Below are positions 36,370-50,327 of a stretch of 64,000 nucleotides of DNA, in pieces. Numbering within the stretch: the first letter of the stretch is position 1; the number at the start of each line of letters is the position of its first letter. The stretch is taken from positions 153,002 to 217,001 of the forward strand of contig NIVC01001974.1 in assembly GCA_002269645.1 (NCBI GenBank), read 5' to 3'. Source of the stretch: Macrostomum lignano (Eukaryota). The translations under genes were made by a program, and so were the position numbers. The notes beneath the pieces were generated by a model that saw only the letters and a program-made list of their open reading frames with translations, was not told where the DNA came from and did not search any database.

Positions 36370-39300
36370 TCACACCATGGTTGTCTGGCCGTCCTTGCAG
36401 CGATTCCGACAGCCGCTAGAACCGCTGCTCGTTGCCGCGCTGTTGTCCGTCTTGAACCAGTAGTCGCAGTCCACGTAGCCCGGACAGTCGCTTGCTGTGC
36501 TGCTTGACATCAGCATCAGTAACGGTGGCGGAGGTGGAGGCGGAGGCGGCGGTGGTGGCAGCCGGAGGGAGTGCGTCATGGCTGCCTCTCCGCGGCCAGC
36601 AACTCTCCCATCGTCGTGTCCATCGTGGGAGTCTAGCTTGATGCCATCGTTGAAATCGTCGCTGCCAAGCTCTTCTTCGTAGTCATTGTTGTGGTCGTCG
36701 TCGACATCGTTTCGACCTCTTTGATGACGCCGATGTCGATGTCGCTGCTTCCGTCTGGCCGGAGCGGGCCGACGCTGCATTTGGCGTTGAATTCTGCGAC
36801 GTTCGAGACGCAGTCGACTGATGGCCAGACAGACACCGACGAGGGTCAGGCAGTTCAGTGTCAGCAGGCTGCTGCCGATCGTCAGGATCAGAACCAACCG
36901 ATTGTCCTCGTTGGCGACCAGCTCTGTCAAGGTCGGTCTGGTGGTTGACGCCTGACCGCCGTTGTCTGTTGGCTTCGGCGTCGACGATGGTCGTGGCGTC
37001 TGTCTTGTCGATTTGTCCGGCAGGGTGGCCATTGAATCAGGTGACAAGGATTGGCATCTCCGGCTGACGTTGGCATGGGCACCTTGGCTGCCAGTCTCGA
37101 TGAGTTTGTTTGCATTGTCCAGAATCGCTGGCAGATGTCGTTGCCACAGTCGCATCTGTTTGCTCCGATAGAAACTCTGTGCCGATGGTCGACCGCTTAT
37201 GCGGCCTGTTAAAACAAATTTAATCCATCTAAGTTTTTTTCAGTCTACGAGCTAACAGTCTACTAACAGTAGTTTAGCAGAATAAAAACGAAGACTTACC
37301 AAATGATAGATATTTCTGTGAATCTGGCAGAAAATTGGGCCATTCGACCGCTTGATCGTGCGGCAAAATTTGAGAGAATCCGTCAGCTGAGTAAGCTGTC
37401 CGATTACTCGATGGCTTGTTGGGATTTCTGCAAGAGATTAATGAGGATTAGCTTTACCTCCTACTGCCAAACACTGCTTAAGCCCAAACTTCGCTTTAAA
37501 ATAAATTAACGAATTTGAAATGGGTTTCTACATCATAAAATTGAATTCACCTCGTGGTTTAAACTTCATATCGGAAGTTTGTACCAAGAACGATTTATGT
37601 ATTGGTCCTTGGTTCGTACGCCTTTGATTGATGGGGGATTGGAAAACTTTTTCTTACCTCAAGACCAGATATAAAGAATCCAACTAATGGCTGCCAACCG
37701 GATGAGACAGGACAGGACAGGGAATAGAGAAGAGAGGAATGAGATGAGATATAGGATGAGAGAATAATGAAAGAGCTGAGAAGAGACGCAAAACCTTAAG
37801 CGGGCCGGATTGCTATTGTGAAGTTAAAAAGGCTGTTCTAGCAAAAATTCCAATTATGGTCATCATAATACATAAATAAAAATTGATTACACCTGCCTTA
37901 ATGGGCAGATGTGCAACCGACAGCTCAGCCGCAGCTATTGCGCGGCGCATCTGAAGGCTGCGTACGGCTGTTCAGTCCAAGGACTGGGGGGGGGGTTGCA
38001 CACACCCTCAATTACCCCAGCTAATGCTGGCACCCATTTTACAGCTGGGTGAACTGAAGCAATGCAGAGTTAATTGTCTTGCTCAAGAAATCAAATTGTT
38101 CCAATTGGAATCGGGAATCGAACCCCCGACCTTCAAGGCGTGAGGCCAACTCTCCAACCACTAGGCTACAACCCCCTGTAATTTATGTAATTTATTACCA
38201 TAAAATCGGTAAAATCGAGTTCTTAAATTAATTGCTCTCAGTAGCTATCGGTACCCCTACTGACATTAATCCCATCAATCTACTACATTCCCAGGTCAAT
38301 TACCCGGTAGCAACAAAATTAGCCAGGTAGCGCATCAGTGCAACGGAAGCGACTCGATCAGCAGCGCGGTAGCGTCCTATCGATTCAGCCCGTTCTGACG
38401 CCGGGTGCCGTCGGACGTCGGCCAGAACTGGTTCGCCTAAAGCCAACGCCAGGTCCTCCTGCCACCAGCCGCTACCGCCGTCTTCAGCAGCATCAAAGGT
38501 GCCCACAAAGGTAGCGGCACCTTTGGCAGTGTGGTGCAAAGCACTGGCCAGACACGGCGAAGCCAACAGGCCATCAGAGAGCATTGCGGCCTCTACAGAG
38601 TTCATTTTCGTGTCATTTGTAGCAATCGACTCGCGCGCTCCAACATCGTAAGCGGCATCGAGGACCCCGACTGCCACAGACTGGGCAGCGTTGCGCGGAA
38701 ACACAGTTTGCACCAGCCGTTCGATACTCAGTCTTCGATCCCTGGCGTCACCAGCTAGCTGGCTTTGTCCCATCAGGTGCCGAGCTGAGCTGGTCGAAAA
38801 TCCGACGAGAAGATTGACTCCGGCGAAGGCAGACCGAGACGACTTGATCTCCTGATTCAAATTGCTTGACTGAAAGAATTTTGCGTCGGTGCTGACTGGG
38901 CCAAGAGTCTTGGAGCCTTTGGGTGTCCCGACGTCGATTTCACTGCTGTCGTTTAGGACTCGACGCTCGGCTGCCAAAATGTCGGCGGCAGGCAGGCGAC
39001 GCGCAAAATTGATCAATTGGCTGGCCGACATCTTGTCCAGCTGCTGATCGGTGATTGAAGTTCGATTCCTGCTGGCCTCCTGAGCAGTTTTTGCTGCTTC
39101 TTTTAGTAGTTGCTTAGCAAAGACCCGAGCTTTGAGCGGGTCGGCCAGAGCCCATGGCGCTAATCCAGTGCCTCCGAGCAGGATCAGGTTCCGGACTCCC
39201 AGAAACGACTCTTGACCGTCCACTGTGGTGTGATTTTTTCGAGATTTTTGCGTTTCACTGACGCAAATCAAGGACGCAAGCAGTCATTCCTACTACGCTG

Positions 39301-42300
39301 ACCTCTGAGCACGGAGACTCTGACTCATCACACAGGGTGTCCCGATTTTCTCATCGTCAGGCGTGTTAACCCTAGCTCTGTGTCTTGAGGGTCGGCTCCG
39401 ATGGCCCAGAACTAAAAGCGACTAAGGTCCAAGGTCTATTTCAGTTTACGAGCCTCAAAATGAGTGAGCGCATGTCATCATCTCATTATCTCAGCATCTC
39501 AGCATCTTAGCATCACAGCATCTCCTCGTCTCAGCATCTCAGCATCTCAGCATCTCAGCATCTCAGCATCTCAGCATCTCAGCATCTCAGCATCTCAGCA
39601 TCTCAGCATCTCAGCATCTCAGCATCTCCTCGTCTCAGCATCTCAGCATCTCAGCATCTCAGCACCTAACCATCTCAGCATCTCAGCATCTCAGCAGGCA
39701 GGCATCTCAACATCTTTCCCTGTGAGCCATGGAATCTCAACATCTTCCCCTGTGAGCCATGGAATCTCAGCATCTTCCCCTGTGAGCCATGGAATCTCCT
39801 CGTCTCAGCATCTAAGCATCTCAGCATCTCAGCATCTCAGCATCTCAGCATCTCAGCATCTCAGCATCTCAGCATCTCAGCATCTCAGCATCTCAGCATC
39901 TCAGCATCTCAGCATCTCCTCGTCTCAGCATCTCAGCATCTCAGCACTTCAGCATCTCAGCATCTCAGCACCTAACCATCTCAGCATCTCAGCATCTCAG
40001 CAGGCAGGCATCTCAACATCTTTCCCTGTGAGCCATGGAATCTCAACATCTTCCCCTGTGAGCCATGGAATCTCAGCATCTTCCCCTGTGAGCCATGGAA
40101 TCTCCTCGTCTCAGCATCTAAGCATCTAAGCATCTCAGCATCTCAGCATCTCAGCATCTCAGCATCTCAGCATCTCAGCATCTCAGTATCTCAGCATCTC
40201 AGCATCTCAGCATCTCAGCATCTCAGCATCTCAGCATCTCAGCATCTCAGCATCTCCTCGTCTCAGCATCTCAGCATCTCAGCACTTCAGCATCTCAGCA
40301 TCTCAGCACCTAACCATCTCAGCATCTCAGCATCTCAGCAGGCAGGCATCTCAACATCTTTCCCTATGAGCCATGGAATCTCCTCGTCTCAGCATCTAAG
40401 CATCTCAGAATCTCAGAATCTCATCGTCTCAGCATCTCAGCATCTTATCGTCGCAGCATCTTAGCATCTCGCATCTCAGCATCTCAGTATCTCAGCATCT
40501 AAGCATCTCAGCATCTCAGCATCTCAGCATCTCAGTATCTCAGCATCTCAGCATCTCAGCATCTCAGCATCTCAGCATCTCAGCATCTCAGCATCTCAGC
40601 ATCTCAGCATCTCAGCATCTCAGCATCTCAGCATCTCAGCATCTCAGCATCTCAGCATCTCCTCGTCTCAGCATCTCAGCATCTCAGCATCTCAGAATCT
40701 CAGCATCTCAGCATCTCAGCAACTCCCCCAAAGCCAGGTAAACCTGTCAGACAACCTAACCGCTAAGCTTTCTGTACCTGAAAGATCCTATAAATACCAA
40801 CGCATTCGCATGGGTAACGTTATTTTCGCATGATCATTTTATAACCCTGATTTTCTAAAATCATTTTTAAACTACACACTTTGATACATGTACATTAAAA
40901 AACCTATGAAAATACCGGACTATTATTGAATAGTTGAACAACACGTCTTTTTGTATAATTAACAATACTGAGACCAATTAGTAATCAGATAGAAAGGAAG
41001 AAAAATCCAATATTAAAGAAGTCTTTAGCTACCGCTATTACTAATTCACTCAACCGTTAAATTCCTTTTGATTTTAAACTCTATCGGTTCTGAATTCGAG
41101 TTTGAACTACCTGTTCTCAAAATCGGCTTCTAATTATAGTTCACTCCAAGCTACGAGGTTCCAATAACATTCGAAATATAATTAGTTATCGTTATCAACA
41201 GAACTCGCCACTCACTGCGTGGGTCATAAACTACTTACTGAATGAGTAGCTGATGCGCATATTGCAGCAAAATAATTATTGGAAGGGAAATCTATTCGAT
41301 TTTTCAAACTTCCTGAAAAATCAACAATCTTAGCATCTCAGCATCTTCCCCTGTGAGCCATGGGATCTCAGCATCTCCCCTGTGAGCCATGGCATCTCAG
41401 CAACTCCCCATGTGAGCCATGGCATCTCAGCAACTCCCCCTGTGAGCCATGGCATCTCAGCAACTCCCCATGTGAGCCATGGCATCTCAGCAACTCCCCC
41501 TGTGAGCCATGGCATCTCAGCAACTCCCCCTGTGAGCCATGGCATCTCAGCAACTCCCCCTGTGAGCCATGGCATCTCAGCAACTCCCCCTATGAGCCAT
41601 GGCATCTCAGCATCTCCCCCTGTCAGCCATGGCATCTCAGCAACTCCCCCTATGAGCCATGGCATCTCAGCAACTCCCCCTGTGAGCCATGGCATCTCAG
41701 CAACTCCCCCTATGAGCCATGGCATCTCAGCAACTCCCCATGTGAGCCATGGCATCTCAGCAACTCCCCCTGTGAGCCATGGCATCTCAGCAACTCCCCC
41801 TGTGAGCCATGGCATCTCAGCAACTCCCCATGTGAGCCATGGCATCTCAGCAACTCCCCCTGTGAGTCATGGCATCTCAGCAACTCCCCATGTGAGCCAT
41901 GGCATCTCAGCAACTCCCCATGTGAGCCATGGCATCTCAGCAACTCCCCCTGTGAGCCATGGCATCTCAGCAACTCCCCATGTGAGCCATGGCATCTCAG
42001 CAACTCCCCCTGTGAGCCATGGCATCTCAGCAACTCCCCCTATGAGCCATGGCATCTCAGCAACTCCCCCTGTGAGCCATGGCATCTCAGCAACTCCCCC
42101 TATGAGCCATGGCATCTCAGCAACTCCCCATGTGAGCCATGGCATCTCAGCAACTCCCCCTGTGAGCCATGGCATCTCAGCAACTCCCCCTGTGAGCCAT
42201 GGCATCTCAGCAACTCCCCATGTGAGCCATGGCATCTCAGCAACTCCCCCTGTGAGTCATGGCATCTCAGCAACTCCCCATGTGAGCCATGGCATCTCAG

Positions 42301-45300
42301 CATCTCCCCCTGTGAGCCATGGCATCTCAGCATCTCCCCCTGTCAGCCATGGCATCTCAGCATCTCCCCCTGTCAGCCATGGCATCTCAGCAACTCCCCC
42401 TATGAGCCATGGCATCTCAGCAACACTTTCTTGAGCCATGAATTCACAGCTGAATGGCCATAAAATTAATATCTGTCATCTTAATTGGCAATTTACTCAC
42501 CCTGAGCGAATCGCGAGATCATGAGAAGCGACGCCAGCGCCGCCCCGTATCCGTGACCCATCAGCGTCACCCTGTCCGGGTCGCCGCCGAACTGCCTGAT
42601 GTTGGCCCTGACCCATTGCAACGCGTCGCGCAAGTCCATCAGAGCAAAATTTCCTGGCGCTTCCAGTCCGTCAGCCCATAGAAAACCTTTGGTTTAAACA
42701 TAGTTGTACTTTTATTCAAAGGAGAAGGCCTGATCGAAGAGAGTGTTCATGCCTGGTTCCCCTGGCAGCACCTCCTTCTAAAACTACCTGTACTAAACAC
42801 GTACCAAAACTGCCAAGTCGATAATTGAGGGTGATGCCGATAGCTCCGCTGACGGCGCAGAGCATGCTGAGATCGTAGGCGTTGCCAGAGCCCCACAGGT
42901 AACTGTCGCCGTGTACGAACACCAATACGGGCAGTAGCGGCTGCGGATGGTTAGTCCTTCGCCGCTGGTGAACTTCGAAACCATCGACTGAGTTTGAATG
43001 CGCTAAAAATATTGATTGAGAGCACCAGTAGATAAGGGTTAAAGGTCTGTCTGTCTGTCTGCCTGTCTCAGTGTCTCTCATAGTTTGTCTCAGTGTCTGT
43101 CTCAGTGTCTGTCTCAGTGTCTGTCTCAGTGTCTGTCTCAGTGTCTGTCTCAGTGTCTGTCTCAGTGTCTGTCTCAGTGTCTGTCTCAGTGTCTGTCTCA
43201 GTGTCTGTCTCAGTGTCTGTCTCAGTGTCTGTCTCAGTGTCTGTCTCAGTGTCTGTCTCAGTGTCTGTCTCAGTGTCTGTCTCAGTGTCTGTCTCAGTGT
43301 CTGTCTCAGTGTCTGTCTCAGTGTCTGTCTCAGTGTCTGTCTCAGTGTCTGTCTCAGTGTCTGTCTCAGTGTCTGTCTCAGTGTCTGTCTCAGTGTCTGT
43401 CTCAGTGTCTGTCACAGTGTCTGTCTCAGTGCCTGTGTCATTCCCTGTCCTGAAACGTTACTTCTTGACGGTCACAAAACGTGTGCTCAAATTATAATTT
43501 TCCTTTTTTAGTCCTTTTTCCAAGTAAAAAGTCAGTCTCATTTGATCTAGATTCTGTCTATCTATGCCTTTGACAATAATTCTTTTGATAATTATGTTTT
43601 CATTTTACAAGCGTAGCGTTAAGAGAATCACTCCTGCACCTTTAACCGAGTAGCTAGGGAGTAGACTTCAGAAAAGATTACGTGTAAAGAATTTCCTCGT
43701 CAACAAAGAGGACATAATCGTCCGGAACACCTTTTCAAAGCCTTAAACGCTTTATAGGGAAAAATATTAAAGAAACGTTACAGATTCAGACTTTTCAATG
43801 TGAAACGCGCAAAAACACCGCTTTTGAAAAGTTTTCTATGTTGAAAACATCTCTAAAAGCTGACTGACCGGCACTTGCTTTCTTGAGTCATAAACTCCTA
43901 AAGTCCTAAAACCAACCAACCAACCAACCAACCAACCAACCAACCAACCAACCAACCAACCAACCAACCAACCAACCAACCAACCAACCAACCAACCAAC
44001 CAACCAACCAACCAACCAACCAACCAACCAACCAACCAACCAACCAACCAACCAACCAACCAACCAACCAACCAACCAACCAACCAACCAACCAACCAAC
44101 CAACCAACCAACCAACCAACCAACCAACCAACCAACTAATCTTCAATACATACAGTTTATGCCCTATTGTTTTGACAAGTGGTTATGGATAGGAAATGAA
44201 TTTACTTTAAAAAATCTTCACTCCCATCCAAAATAGTATATTAATCTGAATCTTCCATAAAACGCGGCACCCTTTTGTCTCTATAAAGGTATTGATCCCT
44301 TTGCCCCAGGCCGCATTAAAAAGATCACGTGATAACCCTCGTATGTGAAAAGTTCTGGCCGACTGGCACAGACAGGGAGGCGAGACAGAGAGAGAGAGGG
44401 AGAGAGTGAGCGAATGAACAAGCACGACTTCTGCCTAATAACTCCAGACAATGGAGGCGGACCCACTTCATTAAGCATTGTTTCTTAATCTGTCATAATG
44501 ATTGAGCCAGCTCTAGCTCTTGTCCTGTTCATTGAAAACTTGCCGCCAATAAGGCTCAGCATCTAGTCGGCGACAATTCAGAATTTTCCAACTCATCTGT
44601 CGCCGTTCGTGCCGCCGTTCTGATCTGTGATCTGATTGATTGCGCGGATCACGCTATGCTTGCCTCAACTATGCAGGTGCAATAAGTGCAGGATTAAAAG
44701 TGAAACAATTTCGCACTTTACTTGCTTTTATTAATTGGACAAACGTAGATTGGGAATTGGAGTCCTGGAGGAGCCCTGTTTAAACTATTACAGATTGTAC
44801 ACATTCAGGTAGATCTCATCACTTAGCACCGGTTCGTACACATTCAGGTAGATCTCATCACTTAGCACCGGTTTGTACACATTCAGGTAGATCTCATCAC
44901 TTAGCACCGGTTTGTACACATTCAGGTAGATCTCATCACTTAGCACCGGTTTGTACACATTCAGGTAGATCTCAGAGTGACTCACCCAGCACCGGTTTGT
45001 ACACATTCAGGTACAAGCACTCCTCATCCTGCCGCTTCAGGTAAGGCAGCATTCGACTGACGTGAGCGGCGAATACTGACGTTGTTGAAGCTTGTAATTG
45101 CATGGAATCGTTGGGAAAATTTTGCGGACAAACAGCCTGAAACCTGTCCCGATAGAAGGTACTACCAGAGGCGTAGTAGTTGTACTTCATAGCGGCCACC
45201 GATCTGGCGAATCGATGCAGAGTGCGGCGCTCCATCTTGCCAACAGCAGCGAACTGCAGGCCCAGGTAGGCGCGAACTGTGGGCAGCTGAGGCGTGGTCG

Positions 45301-45505
45301 GCCTGATGTCGAGCCCCACCAACCTGCGATAGCCAGCTGCTGTGCCACCCTCGCGATAAGTCAAATAAGTGTTAGATCGATAAGCTCGACCGGTGCTGAA
45401 TTCTGGCACTGTCGATTGCATTGTAGTTTCCATGGCAACGGCATAGCAACCAAGTGAAATTATTAGCAGTAGTGACGGTAACTTGACTATTCGACAATTA
45501 TGCAT
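36370..45505 (-). CDS. NLGN: Neuroligin-like catalytically inactive cholinesterase-fold adhesion protein; exons 45505-44986, 43002-42805, 42686-42501, ~39258-38304 (5' edge uncertain), 37427-37300, 37205-36370
   Basis: Features are a signal peptide, [70 protein letters not shown] (nucleophile Ser replaced by Gly), NFVATGNPN, WPNF...[31 protein letters not shown] and a C-terminal PDZ ligand TTMV. Confidence 0.92.
37885..38177 (-). mobile_element. tRNA-derived SINE with CORE-like central domain, in a neuroligin intron
   Basis: The head GTAGCCTAGTGGTTGG carries the A box and GGTTCGATTCC the B box. The following CTTGAGCAAGACAATTAACTCTG...CTGTAAAATGGG resembles the MIR/CORE consensus CTTGGGCAAGTCACTTAACCTCTCTG...CTGTAAAATGGG. 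Confidence 0.8.
39475..40725. repeat. (CATCTCAG)n octamer repeat mixed with 30-bp gtgagccatgg units; ~300-bp higher-order duplication
   Basis: Direct reading. Confidence 0.93.
41331..42427. repeat. 30-bp minisatellite (catctcagcaactccccctgtgagccatgg)
   Basis: Period 30; two units per 60-nt line. Confidence 0.97.
43065..43430. repeat. 12-bp repeat (ctcagtgtctgt)
   Basis: Direct reading. Confidence 0.97.
43911..44136. repeat. (CAAC)n microsatellite
   Basis: Direct reading. Confidence 0.97.
44790..45010. repeat. 39-bp tandem copies of the 3' end of neuroligin exon 1
   Basis: The unit translates [13 protein letters not shown] on the minus strand, versus the exon [12 protein letters not shown]. 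Confidence 0.9.
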
Positions 45506-45908
45506 GATTGTGTTATAGCTCTAGCCGGCTACGGAGACAATCCGGCTCAAGCTAAACAGGAAGTATTTACGGGCACTTTTTTACCTTGGCTGTTCCTCCC
45601 GCTGTGTTTTTTCTCTCGCTTGATACACGGGCTGAGGGAGGGGATTGATGGGGGAAATCTTCCTGTCTTTGATGAGTATTCCCTTCGTGTTTCTCTCTGT
45701 TCAGCGGGCGCTCACTTATGCAGAGCTCGAGTCGTAATCGGGGATGAAGGTGAATAAATACGGGTGACTAAAAAAAAGAGCTCCGATGCTGGTCAGAAAC
45801 TTGGCCTCTTGTCACCAACTGCACGGCAAGACACAAATGCAGTGACGGACTGGGCGGCACCGCTCATTGGGTGCCGTGCTGCCGCTTGAGTCCATTGGTC
45901 AGCTGAGG

Positions 45909-46894
<986 letters not shown>

Positions 46895-47232
46895 AGCTTG
46901 ATTGGCTGCGGCAAGCAAGCTCGAAAGAGCTCGCTTCGCTCGCTCTTTCTCGCTATCTACTATCTATAGCCAGGACCTGCACCGGAGCGGTTACGAAAAT
47001 TAGATTTCTCGGTAGTTGCACGTACTCTTTTGCACTACTTGAGTAGTCTGATTTTCGTTCGGCATAGCTGGTTCCAGCAGGTAGTTCCTCTGGATAAAAG
47101 CGCTTACCGCGCCCATTGGCTTTCCAGCTGCCTTAATCGTTTCCGGTGATCTTGTGTGCGTGCTTTCAGCTTGATTGGCTGCGGCAAGCAAGCTCGAAAG
47201 AGCTCGCTTCGCTCGCTCTTTCTCGCTATCTA

Positions 47233-47270
<38 letters not shown>

Positions 47271-48489
47271 CGCCGTGCGACCGCAGTACCATTGTTAAAT
47301 GGAAAGAGGCTCAGAGAACACTTTCTTCACTTTTATCTCTGTTATCGAAAGCAAATCCAATCTAAAGTAGCTTTTAAGAGTTGGGTCAGACAGGAAGTAG
47401 CAGTCCCGTGAAGTGTCTTGGAACAGTAATGCTATTTTGGATTCAACGGTGGGTGAGACAGTTCAGATTTTACGAAACGCACTGAGTCACATTTCCGGAT
47501 CTGCAGATAAATCAAATCAGAAGACAGCCACGCATTCTCACGCTGAAAGTGTCCATTTTATTCCAAAAGAAATTGAAGCTTACAGCTAGTACTCGGACTC
47601 GGACTCGGAAGCTTTCTTTAGCTAATACTCGTACCAGGTCAAGATCATCATTCCTTGTTGCATAATCCTTCAAGTCAGGATTAGTCTTTTGATTTTTGTT
47701 AAATGAATGTCATCCAGAGCTGTTCCAGAAAGAGAACTGCCTGAGAACTTTCAGAACCCGACCCTAACACTGGGAGTGGCTTCTGATCTCGGGCTAGGTT
47801 AGTTAGTTAATGCTGTCTTAATTCAGATTCTAATTGCAGTTGGCAGCTTGGCTCAGCCAGCTCAAACGAGATTCGCTTAACTCCACCTTAGCTTGCAGTC
47901 AAAGACTGTTTGAACTAAAAGAGCTCCAACTGCTGAGAACAGTATAAGGCTGCATACAGTTGCTAGGCTAGGGTTAGGTCAAGTGTATTTTTTCTAATAA
48001 TTTCCATGCTTGCGTCTCTCTCTGTGTGTGTGTGCATTTGCCAACTCGCAGCTTATTGGGAAGAAGAAATTATATAGTACCTTTTTAGCAGCCGGACAGG
48101 ATAAAACTTGTGCCAAGACTTCGTTCGTTCAAACGTCTTCCTTGCCCCAGCAGAGCTCGAGAGTTCGCGGGCTAAATGAGCCGTGAATGAAGCGTGCTTG
48201 AGGGGTTGCAATGCTAAGCTACAGTCAGTTACTCTAGGGAATCGGATTGCTACGGACACGTATTTGATGTGTTGCAGCCTTTCAAAAAATATTTCGTAAA
48301 ATTAAGATTTAGCTACAGTTGGTGTTTATGCGCGTAGCTTACTACTTGAAAAAGCGTCCGTTAAGAAATGTACAAAGAGAATATCGAATTTTAAATGATA
48401 CGTGTAGATGTGTCATGAGGCAGAAAGGCTGTTTGACACCCGGATACAGCAGGGAGCCGTCGTCGTTCATTCAAGCTAACCCCCTCCAG

Positions 48490-48790
48490 AGAGTCCAGGA
48501 GGTGGACATGGTTTCTCGTCAGGGGTCCAGAGGTGGATGGTCTCTTTTCCTGGGGTCCATGAGGTGGATGGTCTTTCGTCCGGGGATCCAGAGGTGGATG
48601 ATCTCTCGTCCGGGTGTTCATGAGGTGGATGGTCTCTCGTCCGGGTGTTCATGAGGTGGATGGTCTCTCGTCCGGGTGTTCATGAGGTGGATGGTCTCTC
48701 GTCCGGGAGTCCACGAGGTGGATGGTCTCTCGTCCAGGTGTTCATGAGGTGGATGGTCTCTCGTCCGGTGTCCATGAGGCGGATGGTAAG
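48490..48790. repeat. ~31-bp repeat (gaggtggatggtctctcgtccgggtgttcat)
   Basis: Direct reading. Confidence 0.9.
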
Positions 48791-48974
48791 TACAGGGACG
48801 CTACTCAATATACTAAGAAATGAGCCGGAGGCCTGTAGGAAACGTACGTACAGTTGTCCCACCGCAAGTGCATTTACCGGTACATATAGTATGCTTTAGA
48901 GAGAAATCAATTTTTAGCACAGATTTCTCACGCCCAAAATTGTCTATGGCCAGACCCCATTCGGCAAGGGTGCT

Positions 48975-49085
48975 GTTCTAGCGAGTTTGTCAGCGTCAAA
49001 GGGTCTCGGCGTTGTAAAACAGGACGGTGTCGACCACCGCTTGGAACAACCCAGCCCTCTGGCGGCTGGGCAGGGCCACGGTTTA
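48975..49085 (-). mobile_element. Decayed fragment of an RTE-clade-like LINE reverse transcriptase C-terminus
   Basis: The minus strand reads ALPSRQRAGLFQAVVDTVLFYNAET-(frameshift)-TLTNSLEQ. This matches the common RTE motif LF.A.V.SVLLY..ETWTLTK..E. Confidence 0.65.
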
Positions 49086-50327
49086 AAGTACCAACGAAAA
49101 ACGATGGAGACTTTGCCTATAAGACTGCTATTATTCGACTATAGTGCAAACATCCCGTACTCAAAGCGTATATACTTTTCTATTTTTAAATGTACTTTTG
49201 GCAAATTTTAAACTATCTGAATTACCCAAAATCACGTTTACCCTGCTCAACCCTACTGATTCTGATGGCAACTTGCAATTTGGCATGAGGTACAGTGAAA
49301 AATATGAAAATTTTATCGATATTGGTCAAATAATTTATGTAGACTATGATTATTGACAAGCAGATTTCCCCATAAAAAATTTAATCGATAATTCACTTTT
49401 CATAGCATATACACGTAGGATTACGTCTACAAGTAACTCTGGAACTTCCTGGAAACGTTTGGAAACGTTCCTCAGGCGGGCAGCGTTTATACTGCAAGAT
49501 TACATGACTATATGTATATTGTTCGGGCCAAGGGCGAGCAGCATAGACACAAGGAAGTGTAATCTCCGGTAAGTCAGCAGCAGTACCACCTTTCCTATTG
49601 TCTGACGCTCGCTCAACCATAACTATAGTCCTCAGACTTACGTGGTGCATTATACCTACATCGATTCCCCGTCACACCGTAGGAGATGAGTATTCCACAA
49701 TTTTACATCCCAAATCACGCGTCTTTATTGAGAATCTTTTTTGATTGCAACTTTGTCGAATTGAGAGCTGTTTTAGTTCTGAAAAGGTGGAGGATCAAAA
49801 ACCCAGTGTTTGATGATACGAATAAATGCTGTTTTATGACTGAACTTCTGTGACCTTCAATAGAAACGGACTAACCTTTTTGCATAAATCGTCGATGTAG
49901 GTTAGGTTTTGTAACTGCTCTTGGTATCTTATTGAGCTATGTATTATTAGCTGTTCGATGCTTAATTCAGCTTCATGGTAATTGTTGGATTCGGCATTCT
50001 GTGTAACTTTTGTGGCCTTAGTACAAGTCTGTCTTTCTAGAATATTTGTCACCGTCTATTAGTGGTTGAATACTGCAGTAATGCAACCCCTTTTTTGCGC
50101 TCCTATGTTAGCTACTGAGCGCTTCGGAAGGCAGCCAATGCGAGTCGCTAGCCTTCGTAGATCAAATCATAAAAGTGTTCACAAGTCAGCTAATCAGATC
50201 AGACGTGAAGATTCCTATTTAAATTCAGCCGCAACCCCTAGGTAATCGTTTATCAACAGCCATTCAACAGTGTTAAACTTCGTCCAAGGGATAGTAAATA
50301 ATCAGAGCATAAACAAACAAAACAATC

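Noticed and set aside
38105-38177. Possible tRNA gene
   Set aside because: It is the tRNA-like head of a CORE-like SINE, and the acceptor stem does not close.
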